Counted from the stretch's first letter, positions 32,062-41,077 are shown. The stretch is DNA of 64,000 bases from an uncultured delta proteobacterium (GCA_963787125.1 CAWBBV010000023.1:64001-128000), one strand, 5' to 3'. A program made the numbers and translations. The notes: generated from the sequence alone by a model not told the origin.

Positions 32062-32346
32062 ATGGCATTAATTACCGGAACGACTAAAGACGGACGTGAG
32101 TGGACGCCACAATTCATTACAGCGATTGACAAGGAAACCTGCATCGGTTGCGGACGGTGCTACAAGGTGTGTGCTATGGATGTTCTGGCATACGAAGAGG
32201 TGGATACCGAGGAGACGGCAAAAGCGTACATGATGGTTGCTAATGCAGGAAATTGTATCGGTTGTCAGGCCTGCGGGCGGACCTGTTCGAAGAAGTGTTT
32301 CACATTCGCACCGGTAGAAGCTCATCCCTACGGTTATACCACCTAG
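32062..32346 (+). CDS. fdxB: nif-specific ferredoxin III (2x[4Fe-4S])
   Basis: GREWTPQF, CIGCGRCYKVC, CIGCQACGRTC. Confidence 0.85.
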   Translation: MALITGTTKDGREWTPQFITAIDKETCIGCGRCYKVCAMDVLAYEEVDTEETAKAYMMVANAGNCIGCQACGRTCSKKCFTFAPVEAHPYGYTT

Positions 32347-32411
32347 AATCTGATCGAGACTGAATATGCTTCACATTTGAGCTGGAGTTGTTCTGGCGAG
32401 AGGAGGCCGTT

Positions 32412-32741
32412 ATGTTAATTGCCGTTGCTACAAAAGATGGCACAAATATCAATCAGCATTTTGGCCATGCTGTCCGCTTTCTTATTTATGATGTGGAAGG
32501 GACAACGGTGAAGCTGATCGATGAGAAAACGGTTGAAAAATACTGTTCATATGATGAGGCCCACCCCTTGCGAGGTCATGTGCTGCGGGGGATTGCTGAA
32601 GCTCTGCAAGGGTGCCGGGCAATTGTCTGCTCGCAGATAGGACAGGCCCCCCAGGAAGAGATGGGGCGGCTCGGATTTGATGTTTACACGCTTGAGGGTG
32701 AAATAAATACTGCATTGACAGAGCTGGCAAAAATTCTCTGA
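32412..32741 (+). CDS. NifB/NifX-family FeMo-co precursor-binding protein
   Basis: IAVATKDG...INQHFGHA, KYC, GC...CSQIG. Confidence 0.85.
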   Translation: MLIAVATKDGTNINQHFGHAVRFLIYDVEGTTVKLIDEKTVEKYCSYDEAHPLRGHVLRGIAEALQGCRAIVCSQIGQAPQEEMGRLGFDVYTLEGEINTALTELAKIL

Positions 32742-32828
32742 AGATTGAGTAAATTCCCTTCGACTCCGCCCAGGGAACGAACGGGCGCTGAGCGGAGTCG
32801 AAGCAAAATCACAAAGAGGTGATGATCC

Positions 32829-33623
32829 ATGTCAGGACAAGGTTTTAATCTCTGCAACCTCCCTCCATGGGTCATTGCCTCGCGCCATTTCAATGAAAAT
32901 CCTCAACCGCTGGAGCTTCAGGGGGTGAGGATTGCCAATCGCAACTTCTTTGCCAGGTTGGACTCCCTGGAAAGCCCTGTCGAGAGAGCGACTGTTTTTA
33001 ACGATTACATGTCCGTGAAGTATCAGCTCCATCACTGGCAGAGTCAGACAGATGCCGCCCGCAAGAGTCTCAAAAACAGCTATCTCCGCTTTCTGCGCGG
33101 CTGGATGATGGATTCCAATTCAGTGGAGGGGGCGGTACTGAAAGGGTGGGTGGAGAGCCGCATGGGGATCCCCCCCACTTTTCACAAGATCCGTATCTCC
33201 GGCATTCATGCTGAAGAGTATATGACCTATGCCATGGATCGCACCAAGGGGAGCGCCCGCACCAATGCCATCAATGCCCAGCTAGACCTGCTGTACGAAT
33301 ATTGCCAATATGAGCTGGCGCAGAGAAAACCCTCAGGGACCCACCTTGTCTTATACCGCGGAACCAATGATGCCAATGATCACGATCTGATCCAGCAGAT
33401 CGGCAAAAGGGAACAGATCGTCCGGCTGAACAATCTTGTCTCCTTTACTGACAATGAAGAGCGGGCCTGGGAATTCGGTGATACGGTCTGGGAGATTCAG
33501 GCCCCCTTGGCAAAGATATTTTTCTTCGCGGATCTGCTGCCGAACAGCATCATGAAAGGCGAGGGTGAGTATCTGGTTATCGGCGGCGAATATCGGGTCA
33601 GGCGGGTCATGTGTACGGCGTGA
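32829..33623 (+). CDS. draT: Dinitrogenase reductase ADP-ribosyltransferase
   Basis: SYLRFLRGW, EGAVLKGWVESRMG, QLDLLYEYCQ, LNNLVSFT, GEGEYLVIGG. Confidence 0.95.
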   Translation: MSGQGFNLCNLPPWVIASRHFNENPQPLELQGVRIANRNFFARLDSLESPVERATVFNDYMSVKYQLHHWQSQTDAARKSLKNSYLRFLRGWMMDSNSVEGAVLKGWVESRMGIPPTFHKIRISGIHAEEYMTYAMDRTKGSARTNAINAQLDLLYEYCQYELAQRKPSGTHLVLYRGTNDANDHDLIQQIGKREQIVRLNNLVSFTDNEERAWEFGDTVWEIQAPLAKIFFFADLLPNSIMKGEGEYLVIGGEYRVRRVMCTA

Positions 33624-33671
33624 TGAGAGAATGTGAGCCTGTAATGCTTGTTTGCGGATAAGCTCTGAGTC

Positions 33672-34322
33672 TTAAAAAATAGAATTAATGAAGTTGGAGA
33701 CCACTCCCCCTTTTTTCTTCGTTCTGGACGGGAGCGGGCTTTTTTCCGCAGTAAGAATATTTCTGCTGAATACGATACGCCAATTGCCGTCTTCTTTAAC
33801 CAGTTCCAGATTGAGCGTTTCATGGCCGTAAAGTCTGAAGGGGCTTGAAACGGTTGCCAACGCTTTTCTGCCGTCAAATTTATTGAACGTCACCTGCTCA
33901 ATGGTGAACTCCTGGATTTTTATGCGATTACTGGTGTGGTCGGCGGTGAAATCGGCCAAAGAGTACCCCTGTCGGGATGCATTTGACAGGTGCGCATAGG
34001 CGTCTTCATAATCACCCGACTTTATTCCGCTCAGAAATGTCGTCGTGCTGGCAATGATTGCGGTTGTTTTCCGCATCGGTTCAGTGACAAAAACAGACCC
34101 GGCAAGAAATATGATTCCCAGCACTGCATAAGCTGCAAGAGCGTATTTTCGCTGTTTCCTGAAGATGTTTTCTCCCAGCCAGGCCCGCTCGATATAGATA
34201 ATGGTGCCGATGACAAGTGAACCAATCACCCAGACAATGAGAGCGTTATCTTTTAGAAGAAGAGAAGCGACCAGACCGATAAAGGTGTTGATCATGGTGA
34301 TATAGATGCCTTGTTTGTTCAC
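33672..34322 (-). CDS. Hypothetical membrane protein with C-terminal NTF2-like domain
   Basis: Three TM segments, then FLSGIKSGDYEDAYAHLS...LVKEDGNWRI. Confidence 0.6.
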   Translation of the reverse strand: MNKQGIYITMINTFIGLVASLLLKDNALIVWVIGSLVIGTIIYIERAWLGENIFRKQRKYALAAYAVLGIIFLAGSVFVTEPMRKTTAIIASTTTFLSGIKSGDYEDAYAHLSNASRQGYSLADFTADHTSNRIKIQEFTIEQVTFNKFDGRKALATVSSPFRLYGHETLNLELVKEDGNWRIVFSRNILTAEKSPLPSRTKKKGGVVSNFINSIF

Positions 34323-34404
34323 TGGAGCGCCTTTATGATGGTATCATGCTGAAGAATGTGCTACTGCGCTGCATTGTGCGCCCGGTTGATTGTACCCTTC
34401 GGAT

Positions 34405-34436
34405 AAAAAAAGTCACGTGGCAATAAGCCACGTGAC
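34405..34436 (-). terminator. Terminator of the 34467..34781 gene
   Basis: GTCACGTGGC-TTATT-GCCACGTGAC followed by T-run on the minus strand. Confidence 0.7.
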
Positions 34437-34466
34437 CTGATTCCCGGTGTTTAAGCGGATATCATA

Positions 34467-34781
34467 TTATGCACCACCAACGCGTGCCCTGTCCAATTCA
34501 TTTTTCTCTGCGTCAAGCTGATTGCGCAGGATGTTCAGTTCCTCGTTGGTGTATCCAGCCAAACCCTTATTGATCTCGGTTTGAAGCATGTCAATCCTGT
34601 GCTGGATTGATTGTGCCCGGTCACCACAGTTCATTGCCATGATCAGGCACTGTTCTTTACCACCCTGAAGCTGTTCCGAACCTCTCGGTTGAACTACGGA
34701 TGAATCGTCTGACAGAACCGGCACCACCATTATCATCAGAGTGGCGACTGTTAAAGCTATTTTTTTTAGAAGATTTCTCAT
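34467..34781 (-). CDS. Small exported helical protein of unknown function
   Basis: Signal peptide, CLIMAMNC, coiled-coil tail; AAGGAG RBS. Confidence 0.7.
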   Translation of the reverse strand: MRNLLKKIALTVATLMIMVVPVLSDDSSVVQPRGSEQLQGGKEQCLIMAMNCGDRAQSIQHRIDMLQTEINKGLAGYTNEELNILRNQLDAEKNELDRARVGGA

Positions 34782-34925
34782 GGCCTACTCCTTTTTTAGT
34801 TTTCAGTCCTTCTATGATTTTACTGTGCACTTTGCTGGCGAATATTGCAAGTGAAAATCATTATCAATTAGTTTTTAGGCAAGTAAAGAGGCCGCTGTCA
34901 ATAAACTGCGGGGAAAGACCCATTA

Positions 34926-34945
34926 CCCGGCTACCCGATTGGACA
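34926..34945 (+). mobile_element. Group II intron 3'-end remnant joined to an attC R''-type half site
   Basis: CCCGGCTACCCGAT|TGGACA, identical to 37031-37050. Confidence 0.6.
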
Positions 34946-35000
34946 CTACTTGCCGAGCGTTAAAAGGGGAGGGCTGAATCCAGTCATTCCGTCCTCATCA

Positions 35001-35438
35001 TCACAGTTTAGGCGTTATCCATGATGTCGCGGTCGCAAGCCGAATGCCGTCTTCCAATGTCGCCTGACTCAGGCTACCTGCCTCAGTCTGGATACAGATG
35101 AAGTACAAATCCTCATCTCCTGCCTTAAAGGCTCTCTCTCCGGCAGGCGCAACCCGGATCACGCTCCCTTCCTGAACCTCGAATTCATCGCCATCGACAA
35201 AAAAAACGCCGGAGCCCCGCAAGACGATGTACAGTTCCTCGTTCTTTTTGTGGGCATGCACAAACGGTATCCCTTTGCCGGCCGGGAGGCGGTTGAGTGA
35301 TACCTCGGAGCCGGTCAGTCCGAGTTCTTTTCCGATAAAGTATTTACCGTGAAAACCCATGAAATCGTGTTGCAGAAGGTTTTCAAACGGGCCGATGTGT
35401 TCTGCCGAGTAGTTGCTTTTCTGAATGATCATGCTCAT
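35001..35438 (-). CDS. Cupin domain protein (probable former gene cassette)
   Basis: HAHKKNEELYIVLRGSG cupin motif. Confidence 0.85.
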   Translation of the reverse strand: MSMIIQKSNYSAEHIGPFENLLQHDFMGFHGKYFIGKELGLTGSEVSLNRLPAGKGIPFVHAHKKNEELYIVLRGSGVFFVDGDEFEVQEGSVIRVAPAGERAFKAGDEDLYFICIQTEAGSLSQATLEDGIRLATATSWITPKL

Positions 35439-35587
35439 GCTCCTTTCGTTTGTTAATGGGTTTTTTCTCGTGTCGAGGTAACTGGGTTGAGTTGCAGCGG
35501 GGTTAACTGCTGCCGCCGATGGTTGGCGTTACAGCTGTCTTTCCCTTAGCCGCAATATTTGCTTAACGTTCCATGAAGTTGTTCTTC

Positions 35588-35624
35588 TTGCCGTTTAAAT
35601 TTTAGCATGATATTGTACAATATC
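35588..35624 (+). promoter_or_regulatory. yefM-yoeB promoter and operator
   Basis: TTGCCG-N17-TATTGT overlapped by the perfect palindrome GATATTGTACAATATC (TGTACA core as in YefM operators). Confidence 0.7.
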
Positions 35625-35644
35625 TTGTCATTATGGAGGTCGTT

Positions 35645-35899
35645 ATGCAGGCAATTTCATACAGCGAAGCACGCCATGATCTTAAGAATGTTATGGACGA
35701 TGCTTGCAGCAATCACGAACCGATCCTGATCACTCGTCGAAAGGGTGAAAGCGTGGTTCTCGTAAGTTTGGAAGACTATGAGTCTATTATGGAGAGCGAA
35801 TATTTGCTCTCCAGTCCTGCCAATGCTTCACGACTACTGCAATCACTTAAAGAGGCACGGTCTGGAAAGCGAACCCCCATGGATGCTCTTGGGTTATGA
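35645..35899 (+). CDS. yefM: Phd/YefM antitoxin
   Basis: ISYSEAR, ITRRKGESVVLVSLEDY, YLLSSPANA. Confidence 0.93.
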   Translation: MQAISYSEARHDLKNVMDDACSNHEPILITRRKGESVVLVSLEDYESIMESEYLLSSPANASRLLQSLKEARSGKRTPMDALGL

Positions 35900-36150
35900 A
35901 CGTCACTTTCACGCCGACTGCTCTCGACGATCTGCGTTATTGGCTAAAGACTGATAAACGTCAGGCCGAACGGGTCTTGGCGTTTCTTGAAGAAATTCGG
36001 CGAACCCCTTTTGAGGGCACAGGAAAACCGGAACCTCTCCGTTTTCAGCTAGCCGGTTGCTGGTCGCGCCGGATTAACCGGGAACATCGGCTTGTCTACC
36101 AAGTAGAGGAAACAGAGATCGTCATTATCGCCTGTCGCTATCACTACTGA
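35896..36150 (+). CDS. yoeB: Txe/YoeB toxin
   Basis: PFEGTGKPEPL, WSRRINREHRLVY, CRYHY. Confidence 0.95.
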   Translation: MNVTFTPTALDDLRYWLKTDKRQAERVLAFLEEIRRTPFEGTGKPEPLRFQLAGCWSRRINREHRLVYQVEETEIVIIACRYHY

Positions 36151-36231
36151 TTTCATTTTCCGGTACCCGATTAAAAATCCTCAATTCACTTTACCGTTGA
36201 CTCGGTGTGTATCAGTGTGTATAAATTATTT

Positions 36232-36420
36232 ATGACCAGCAGAGATATCATCAAGCGACTTGAAAACGAGGGTTGGTATTGTGTCGGCGGCAAAGGCGAC
36301 CACCAGAAATACAAGCACCCGTCAAAAGCTTGTCATGTTGTAGTGCCACATCCACGTAAAGACATGCCAACCGGAACTTTGCGGAACATTTTCCGTCAAG
36401 CAGGTTGGGAATGGAGGTAA
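36232..36420 (+). CDS. hicA: HicA toxin
   Basis: KGDH, VVVPHPRKD, GTLRNI. Confidence 0.92.
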   Translation: MTSRDIIKRLENEGWYCVGGKGDHQKYKHPSKACHVVVPHPRKDMPTGTLRNIFRQAGWEWR

Positions 36421-36421
36421 A

Positions 36422-36823
36422 ATGTTATACCCCGCATATGTTCACATTGGAGACGATAAAAACGCCCACGGCGTAACTATCCCCGACTTTCCCGGCTGTT
36501 TCTCTGCCGCCGACGAGTGGGAGGATTTACCACACATGATCCAGGAGGCAGCAGAAGTCTATTTTGAAGGCGAAGATATACCTGTGCCGGCGCCAACATC
36601 ATTAGAACAATTGGCTACTAACCCCGAATACCAAGGGGGGGTCTGGCTCTTGGTAGATATTGACCTTGCCAAACTCAAAGTTAAAGCGAAGCGAGTAAAT
36701 ATCACCATGCCGGAAAATCTTCTACATGAGATCGACCGTTATGCCGAGCAATACCATATGACTCGTTCCGGCCTATTGGCCCAGGCTGCGGATCAATATA
36801 TTCACCGCAAACAATTAGCTTAA
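36422..36823 (+). CDS. hicB: HicB antitoxin with RHH C-terminus
   Basis: PDFPGCFS, RVNITMP...TRSG. Confidence 0.92.
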   Translation: MLYPAYVHIGDDKNAHGVTIPDFPGCFSAADEWEDLPHMIQEAAEVYFEGEDIPVPAPTSLEQLATNPEYQGGVWLLVDIDLAKLKVKAKRVNITMPENLLHEIDRYAEQYHMTRSGLLAQAADQYIHRKQLA

Positions 36824-36897
36824 CTATTACCAGTGTGCTCCGGATTTTGCATATTACCTTTGTTTTCCGAGGTTTCCTGATTTAACGGGATAACAAT

Positions 36898-36974
36898 GGG
36901 ACGCCCTTCGTATATTCACATACATAGGCTTACCGTGAAAAAGCGGTCAAATATGAATATGTGAAGGGCGTCCC
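36898..36974. mobile_element. MITE/REPIN-like element with 24-bp terminal inverted repeats starting GGGACG
   Basis: Arms GGGACGCCCTTCGTATATTCACAT and (reverse complement) GGGACGCCCTTCACATATTCATAT, 3 mismatches. Confidence 0.65.
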
Positions 36975-37008
36975 CCGAAGGCTCCTCCTTCCCCTGCGCT
37001 ACTCGACT

Positions 37009-37050
37009 GGGGGCTGGGGGGAGAAAAACCCCCGGCTACCCGATTGGACA
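37009..37050 (+). mobile_element. Group II intron domain VI/3'-end remnant at an attC R''-type half site
   Basis: GGGGCTGGGGG...CCCCCGGCT-A-CCC hairpin with bulged A, ending GAT|TGGACA. Confidence 0.7.
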
Positions 37051-37058
37051 TTTCTCTC

Positions 37059-37736
37059 TTATGGAAGTGCCGTGATAATTTGCCGGTACTCGCCGATACC
37101 ATTTTTGTAAATCTCTTCAAATCGGTCGAACTGTTCCACAAATGCCCTCATTGCTGGATTTACCCATGTTATGGCCTCCAAAATCTCTGTATGTTGATTT
37201 TGGAGATCGCGCCAATGCCAGATTGGTTCATGATGAAATATGCGGTTTCTGAGTGTTCGGACTCGGTTGAGTCGTTTGGAAAGATTCTTTCTGATTCTGA
37301 TGTGGCGGGGCATATTGGGGACAACTGGCTTCAGTAACCACGGCCAGAGTATTTTTTCGTATCGTACGTCGAACAGGCTTGTCCAAAAACCGAAGGTCAG
37401 TTCCGGGATTATCCTCCCTGCGTCGAGCGGCTTCTTGCCTTTGATAAGAGTGTTTTTAGCTTCTTGTACTTTGTTGATTTCCTGCGGGGAGAGTAGTCCG
37501 GGTAGGTCAAACCATGTACCTGTTTTGAATTGTGTCGTTGCAGCATCGTGAATTCCATTTCTGAGGCTGACTTCCAAGCATTGAAGCGGGGTGTAAAGGC
37601 TTTCCGATAACGCCATGTTCCAAGCGTAATGGGCAAACAGCTCCGTGTCGTCATTGCTGGTGCCGCGCTGACGGTAGGCGTCGAGGCGTTCATGCGAGAT
37701 TGCTCGGCGAAGTTGATCAGAAAAATTTGCTTGCAT
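37059..37736 (-). CDS. Abi-family (Abi_2/AbiD-F-like) HEPN RNase
   Basis: SHERLDAY, YAWN, LEVSLRN, LTFGFW, RNRIFH (R-x4-H) followed by HEP. Confidence 0.88.
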   Translation of the reverse strand: MQANFSDQLRRAISHERLDAYRQRGTSNDDTELFAHYAWNMALSESLYTPLQCLEVSLRNGIHDAATTQFKTGTWFDLPGLLSPQEINKVQEAKNTLIKGKKPLDAGRIIPELTFGFWTSLFDVRYEKILWPWLLKPVVPNMPRHIRIRKNLSKRLNRVRTLRNRIFHHEPIWHWRDLQNQHTEILEAITWVNPAMRAFVEQFDRFEEIYKNGIGEYRQIITALP

Positions 37737-37764
37737 GTATCACCCGCAATGGCTATTATTTGTA

Positions 37765-37823
37765 TGCAGCCCCCGGAGAAATCCTCTCCCGACCTTGAGT
37801 CGGTGACGATCCCGGGGTTTTTT
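37765..37823 (+). ncRNA. Candidate structured ncRNA divergent from the Abi gene (possible RNA antitoxin)
   Basis: TTGCAT-N17-TATTAT promoter (37731-37759), then CCCCGG...CCGGGG stem with inner CCGAC-CTTGA-GTCGG hairpin and T6. Confidence 0.55.
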
Positions 37824-38008
37824 ATTGCCCAAAATATACTGCCTGAATTTCAAAGACAACGACAAAGTAGCATAACGGGGAACCGCCTTTTTCAGTGGTT
37901 CCCCGTTTTATTGTTAAAGCTTCTAAAAATTGGGAAGCGTCCCGCTTCCCCCGCTGATAGGGCTATTCATTTACCTTCAGACCACAATGTACACAGGTCC
38001 GGCATAAA

Positions 38009-39073
38009 GGGACGTTGTTTGCTGGCTTGCTACCCACCAAACACCTCCCTCATAATCGACTGATTCTCCAGCACAATCCTTTCACCACGTCTCACGGCCA
38101 AACAGACTCCTGATCTTTTCATGTTAAGCAGTGCTCCTACCGCCACTCCGCTCTGCTCAAGCTCTCGAACCGCAAGATAACAAACTACCCCCCTTGCTTC
38201 TACAACTTCAAATATGCGGCCACCTCGTTGCAATGCTTCTGCTGCAACATTAAAATATCCCGCTACCCGCTTCAGTAGCTCAGTCAGGGACATTCGCCTT
38301 GTCAATTTATCTGCCATGTTGTGTTCGCTCCGCAGATAGTCGACAAACTCACCACTGCCAAGCACCCGCTGGTCATAGCTCTCTATCCTGCGACCGTCGG
38401 TAATTTCACCTTGACTGCGACGCAGACCGCCGCCAATCAGGTCATTACGACGCCCTTGCTTGGCCCCGTCTTCCACAAACTGGCGATAGTTATTGATGGC
38501 ACTATTCTTTCGCTTGCCGAAATGGCTCAGTATTTCTCCAGCTGACAGACCTTCATGTTGATGTTTTCCCAGGATGACGGCGTGGCCGCTCCAGGGGTAG
38601 ATGTCAAGTTCCGCCATGCTCTTGACGACTCTGGCACGGAGCGGGTTCAGGTGGATGTAGCGCACAAGCTCTAACAGGTAAGGCTCTTCTTCACAGACGA
38701 TTGATCTGTAGCGGTTTTGGAAAAGGTGGCCGACTCGTTTGTGCCGATGATTGAAATTGATGGCATACCCGGTAAGCAGCCGTCTCATGAAGCTTGCAAG
38801 CCCACCGCTGCCGGAGCGGATTAAGAGGTGAAAGTGGTTTGGGATGAGCGCCCACGCGAGACACTGGGTGCCGGTGGAGGCGAGCAATTCGGCAAGTCGC
38901 TTGACGAACTGCTCGCGATCAGTGTCATCGAGGAAAATCTTACGTTTCTCGATTCCTCGCACGATTATATGCTGTAATATTCCTGGGGAATCCAGTCTTG
39001 ATTGTCTTGGCATGGGGTGGTTTTAGCATAGTTCGGAAAGCCCGTCAACTAACAAGCAAGCAAACAACGTCCC
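38009..39073 (-). mobile_element. Y1-transposase element bounded by 21-bp inverted repeats
   Basis: GGGACGTTGTTTGCT(G/T)GCTTG at both ends in inverted orientation. Confidence 0.7.
38030..39013 (-). CDS. REP-associated-type Y1 (HUH) tyrosine transposase with C-terminal HTH
   Basis: MPRQSR, HIIVRG, PNHFHLL (HUH), GHLFQNRY, YIHLNP, YPWS. Confidence 0.9.
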   Translation of the reverse strand: MPRQSRLDSPGILQHIIVRGIEKRKIFLDDTDREQFVKRLAELLASTGTQCLAWALIPNHFHLLIRSGSGGLASFMRRLLTGYAINFNHRHKRVGHLFQNRYRSIVCEEEPYLLELVRYIHLNPLRARVVKSMAELDIYPWSGHAVILGKHQHEGLSAGEILSHFGKRKNSAINNYRQFVEDGAKQGRRNDLIGGGLRRSQGEITDGRRIESYDQRVLGSGEFVDYLRSEHNMADKLTRRMSLTELLKRVAGYFNVAAEALQRGGRIFEVVEARGVVCYLAVRELEQSGVAVGALLNMKRSGVCLAVRRGERIVLENQSIMREVFGG

Positions 39074-39137
39074 CCTAGCCCGTCGAAAGTTAGCTAATTA
39101 GCTAGCAATGTCCCCCTAGGCGTCCCCTTTGCGGCCA

Positions 39138-41077
39138 ATCGGGTAGGAGGCGGGGTCTCCCCCGCCGTCCTCCCACACCACCGTACGTACGGTTCCGTAT
39201 ACGGCGGTTCATGATACGCGCTGAAGCCGGTCGTACTGGTTCAGAAGCGATATCAGACCAAGGTTCTCGAAGTAGGAATTCGGAAGGACACGGTGCATGA
39301 CGTTTGTACCGGCGTGCCACCAAGGGCCACGCTGGTTTCTTGCCAAACGCCATGATGCATCCCTCGACAATCCCAGTTTGATCAGGTTCTTTGCTCGGGT
39401 GTAGGAGCGCTTCCACTGCCGCCATAGAATGCAGCGCAGTTTCCGCCGAAGCCAGCCGTCCAGTTCCTCAAAGAGGCTTTTCGCCTCTGCGTAACGGAAG
39501 TAGTTCAACCACCCCCGCAGTTTCGGATTCACCTCTGTTATGGTCTGGCGCAGGCTTCTTCCTTTACCCCGCCGACAGATTTCCTTCAGGGTTCGCTTTC
39601 AGCCTCGTCGGCACTTTACCCCCCACTCTCAGGCGGGGTTTGTGGTGCCAAGTCATGCTGTAACCCAGAAAGGTTCTCTGCCATGGACGATCAACCGCGC
39701 TTTTGGCTTGGTTGACCGTGAGCTTGAGCCGCTCTGACAGGAATGTGGTGATTGAGGCCATGACCCGTTCGCCGCTGGCTTTGGTGGCAACGTAGATGTT
39801 GCAATCATCAGCAAAACGGCAAAAGGTGTGACCACGGTTTTCCAGTTCCTTGTCGAGTTCGTCCAGTAGGATGTTTGACAGAAACGGCGAGAGTGGCCCA
39901 CCTTGCGGTGTTCCTTCTTGCCGGGGTGACGTGATGCCACCCTCAAACATTCCCGCCTTCAGGTAGCTGTCTATCAGCTTCAGCACCTGCTTGTCCTTGA
40001 CTTTGCGTTTTACCAGCGACATGAGGATGTCGTGGTTGACGCGGTCAAAGAATTTCTCCAGGTCGATATCGACCACCCACCGTTTGCCGCTCTCAACATA
40101 TTGACGAGCGGCTTTGATTGCCTGGTGGGCGCTCTTTCCGGGACGAAACCCGTAGGAGTGGCTGGAGAAGTCAGGATCGAACATCGGTCTCATTGCCTGA
40201 TGTACTGCCTGCTGGATGAGACGGTCAAGTACGGTGGGGATTCCCAGCATTCTTGTGCCGCCTCCCGGTTTCGGTATTTCTACCTTCAGCACCGGTAACG
40301 GGGTGTACTTCCCCGCCAGCAGTTCTTCTTTGATGCGCGGCCAGTGTTCTTGCAAGTACTCTTTCAGGGCCGTTACCGGCATGTCGTCCACGCCGGGGGC
40401 TCCCTTGTTGCGCATTACACGAGTGATAGGCCGCCATCATGTTGCCTCGGCTGACGATTGCTTCCATCAGTCCGTCCGTCTTCGGAGCAGAGTTGTCCCG
40501 CATTCCCGTGACGTTTGCCGCACCATTACCGGCCACCTGCGGTTTCCGACCGCCCAACTCCGGTATGGCGCCGGGTATCTCAATCCGGCCTTCTGCTGCT
40601 ACTGTCGTCATCGAAATTCAGGATTCCTTTCCGTCGTTTCATGTTCCGCCCTTCATCGACTGGTCAGGCCGACTACTATGGCTTCTGCTGACTTCTGCCG
40701 AACATGAGGGAATTGCTTTTCAATTCCCCTGCACCCGGATTTCGCCCGGTGCGGGACAGCAGACCTCCCCAGGTAATTCGCGTGACCTTCATCCCATATA
40801 CCCGCCGCATTTACAGCCACACCCTCTGGATGGTTTAGGGCTTTGAAGTTACGTGCCTTCTCGCCCGAATGTGACTGCCTCATATGCGATTTCTGTTCGT
40901 CGGGCCGGGATTTTGCCTGCGGCTTCCTTCAGATTCCGCCTCGCGACGGACACCCTTGCCGTCCGGCTAACGGTTCCCACCATCAGGGTCCATAGAGGAC
41001 TTTCACCTCCAAGTCACTGCTTGACCACCACAGTCAAGCAGATGGCGCTTACGCGCCACGCGCCATGCTGGGCGCAC
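39138..41077 (-). mobile_element. Group IIC intron inserted in attC
   Basis: 5' end GTGCGCCCAGCATGG; domain V GAACCGCCGTATACGGAACCGTACGTACGGTGGTGT; domain VI ending CTACCCGAT; removal restores GTTGGCC. Confidence 0.92.
39209..40611 (-). pseudogene. ltrA: Group II intron reverse transcriptase/maturase with two frameshifts
   Basis: NKGAPGVD, LGIPTVLDR, GTPQGGPLSP, RFADD, NPKLRGWLNYF split over three frames (shifts near 40425 and 39590). Confidence 0.88.

Noticed and set aside
37629..38063. 144-aa + strand ORF as a protein antitoxin of the Abi gene
   Set aside because: It overlaps both the Abi and transposase genes antisense, crosses terminator-like hairpins and has no recognisable domain
39209..40611. 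Retron, DGR or defence-associated RT
   Set aside because: Clear group II intron 5' end, domain V/VI and maturase X domain; no template/variable repeat pair seen
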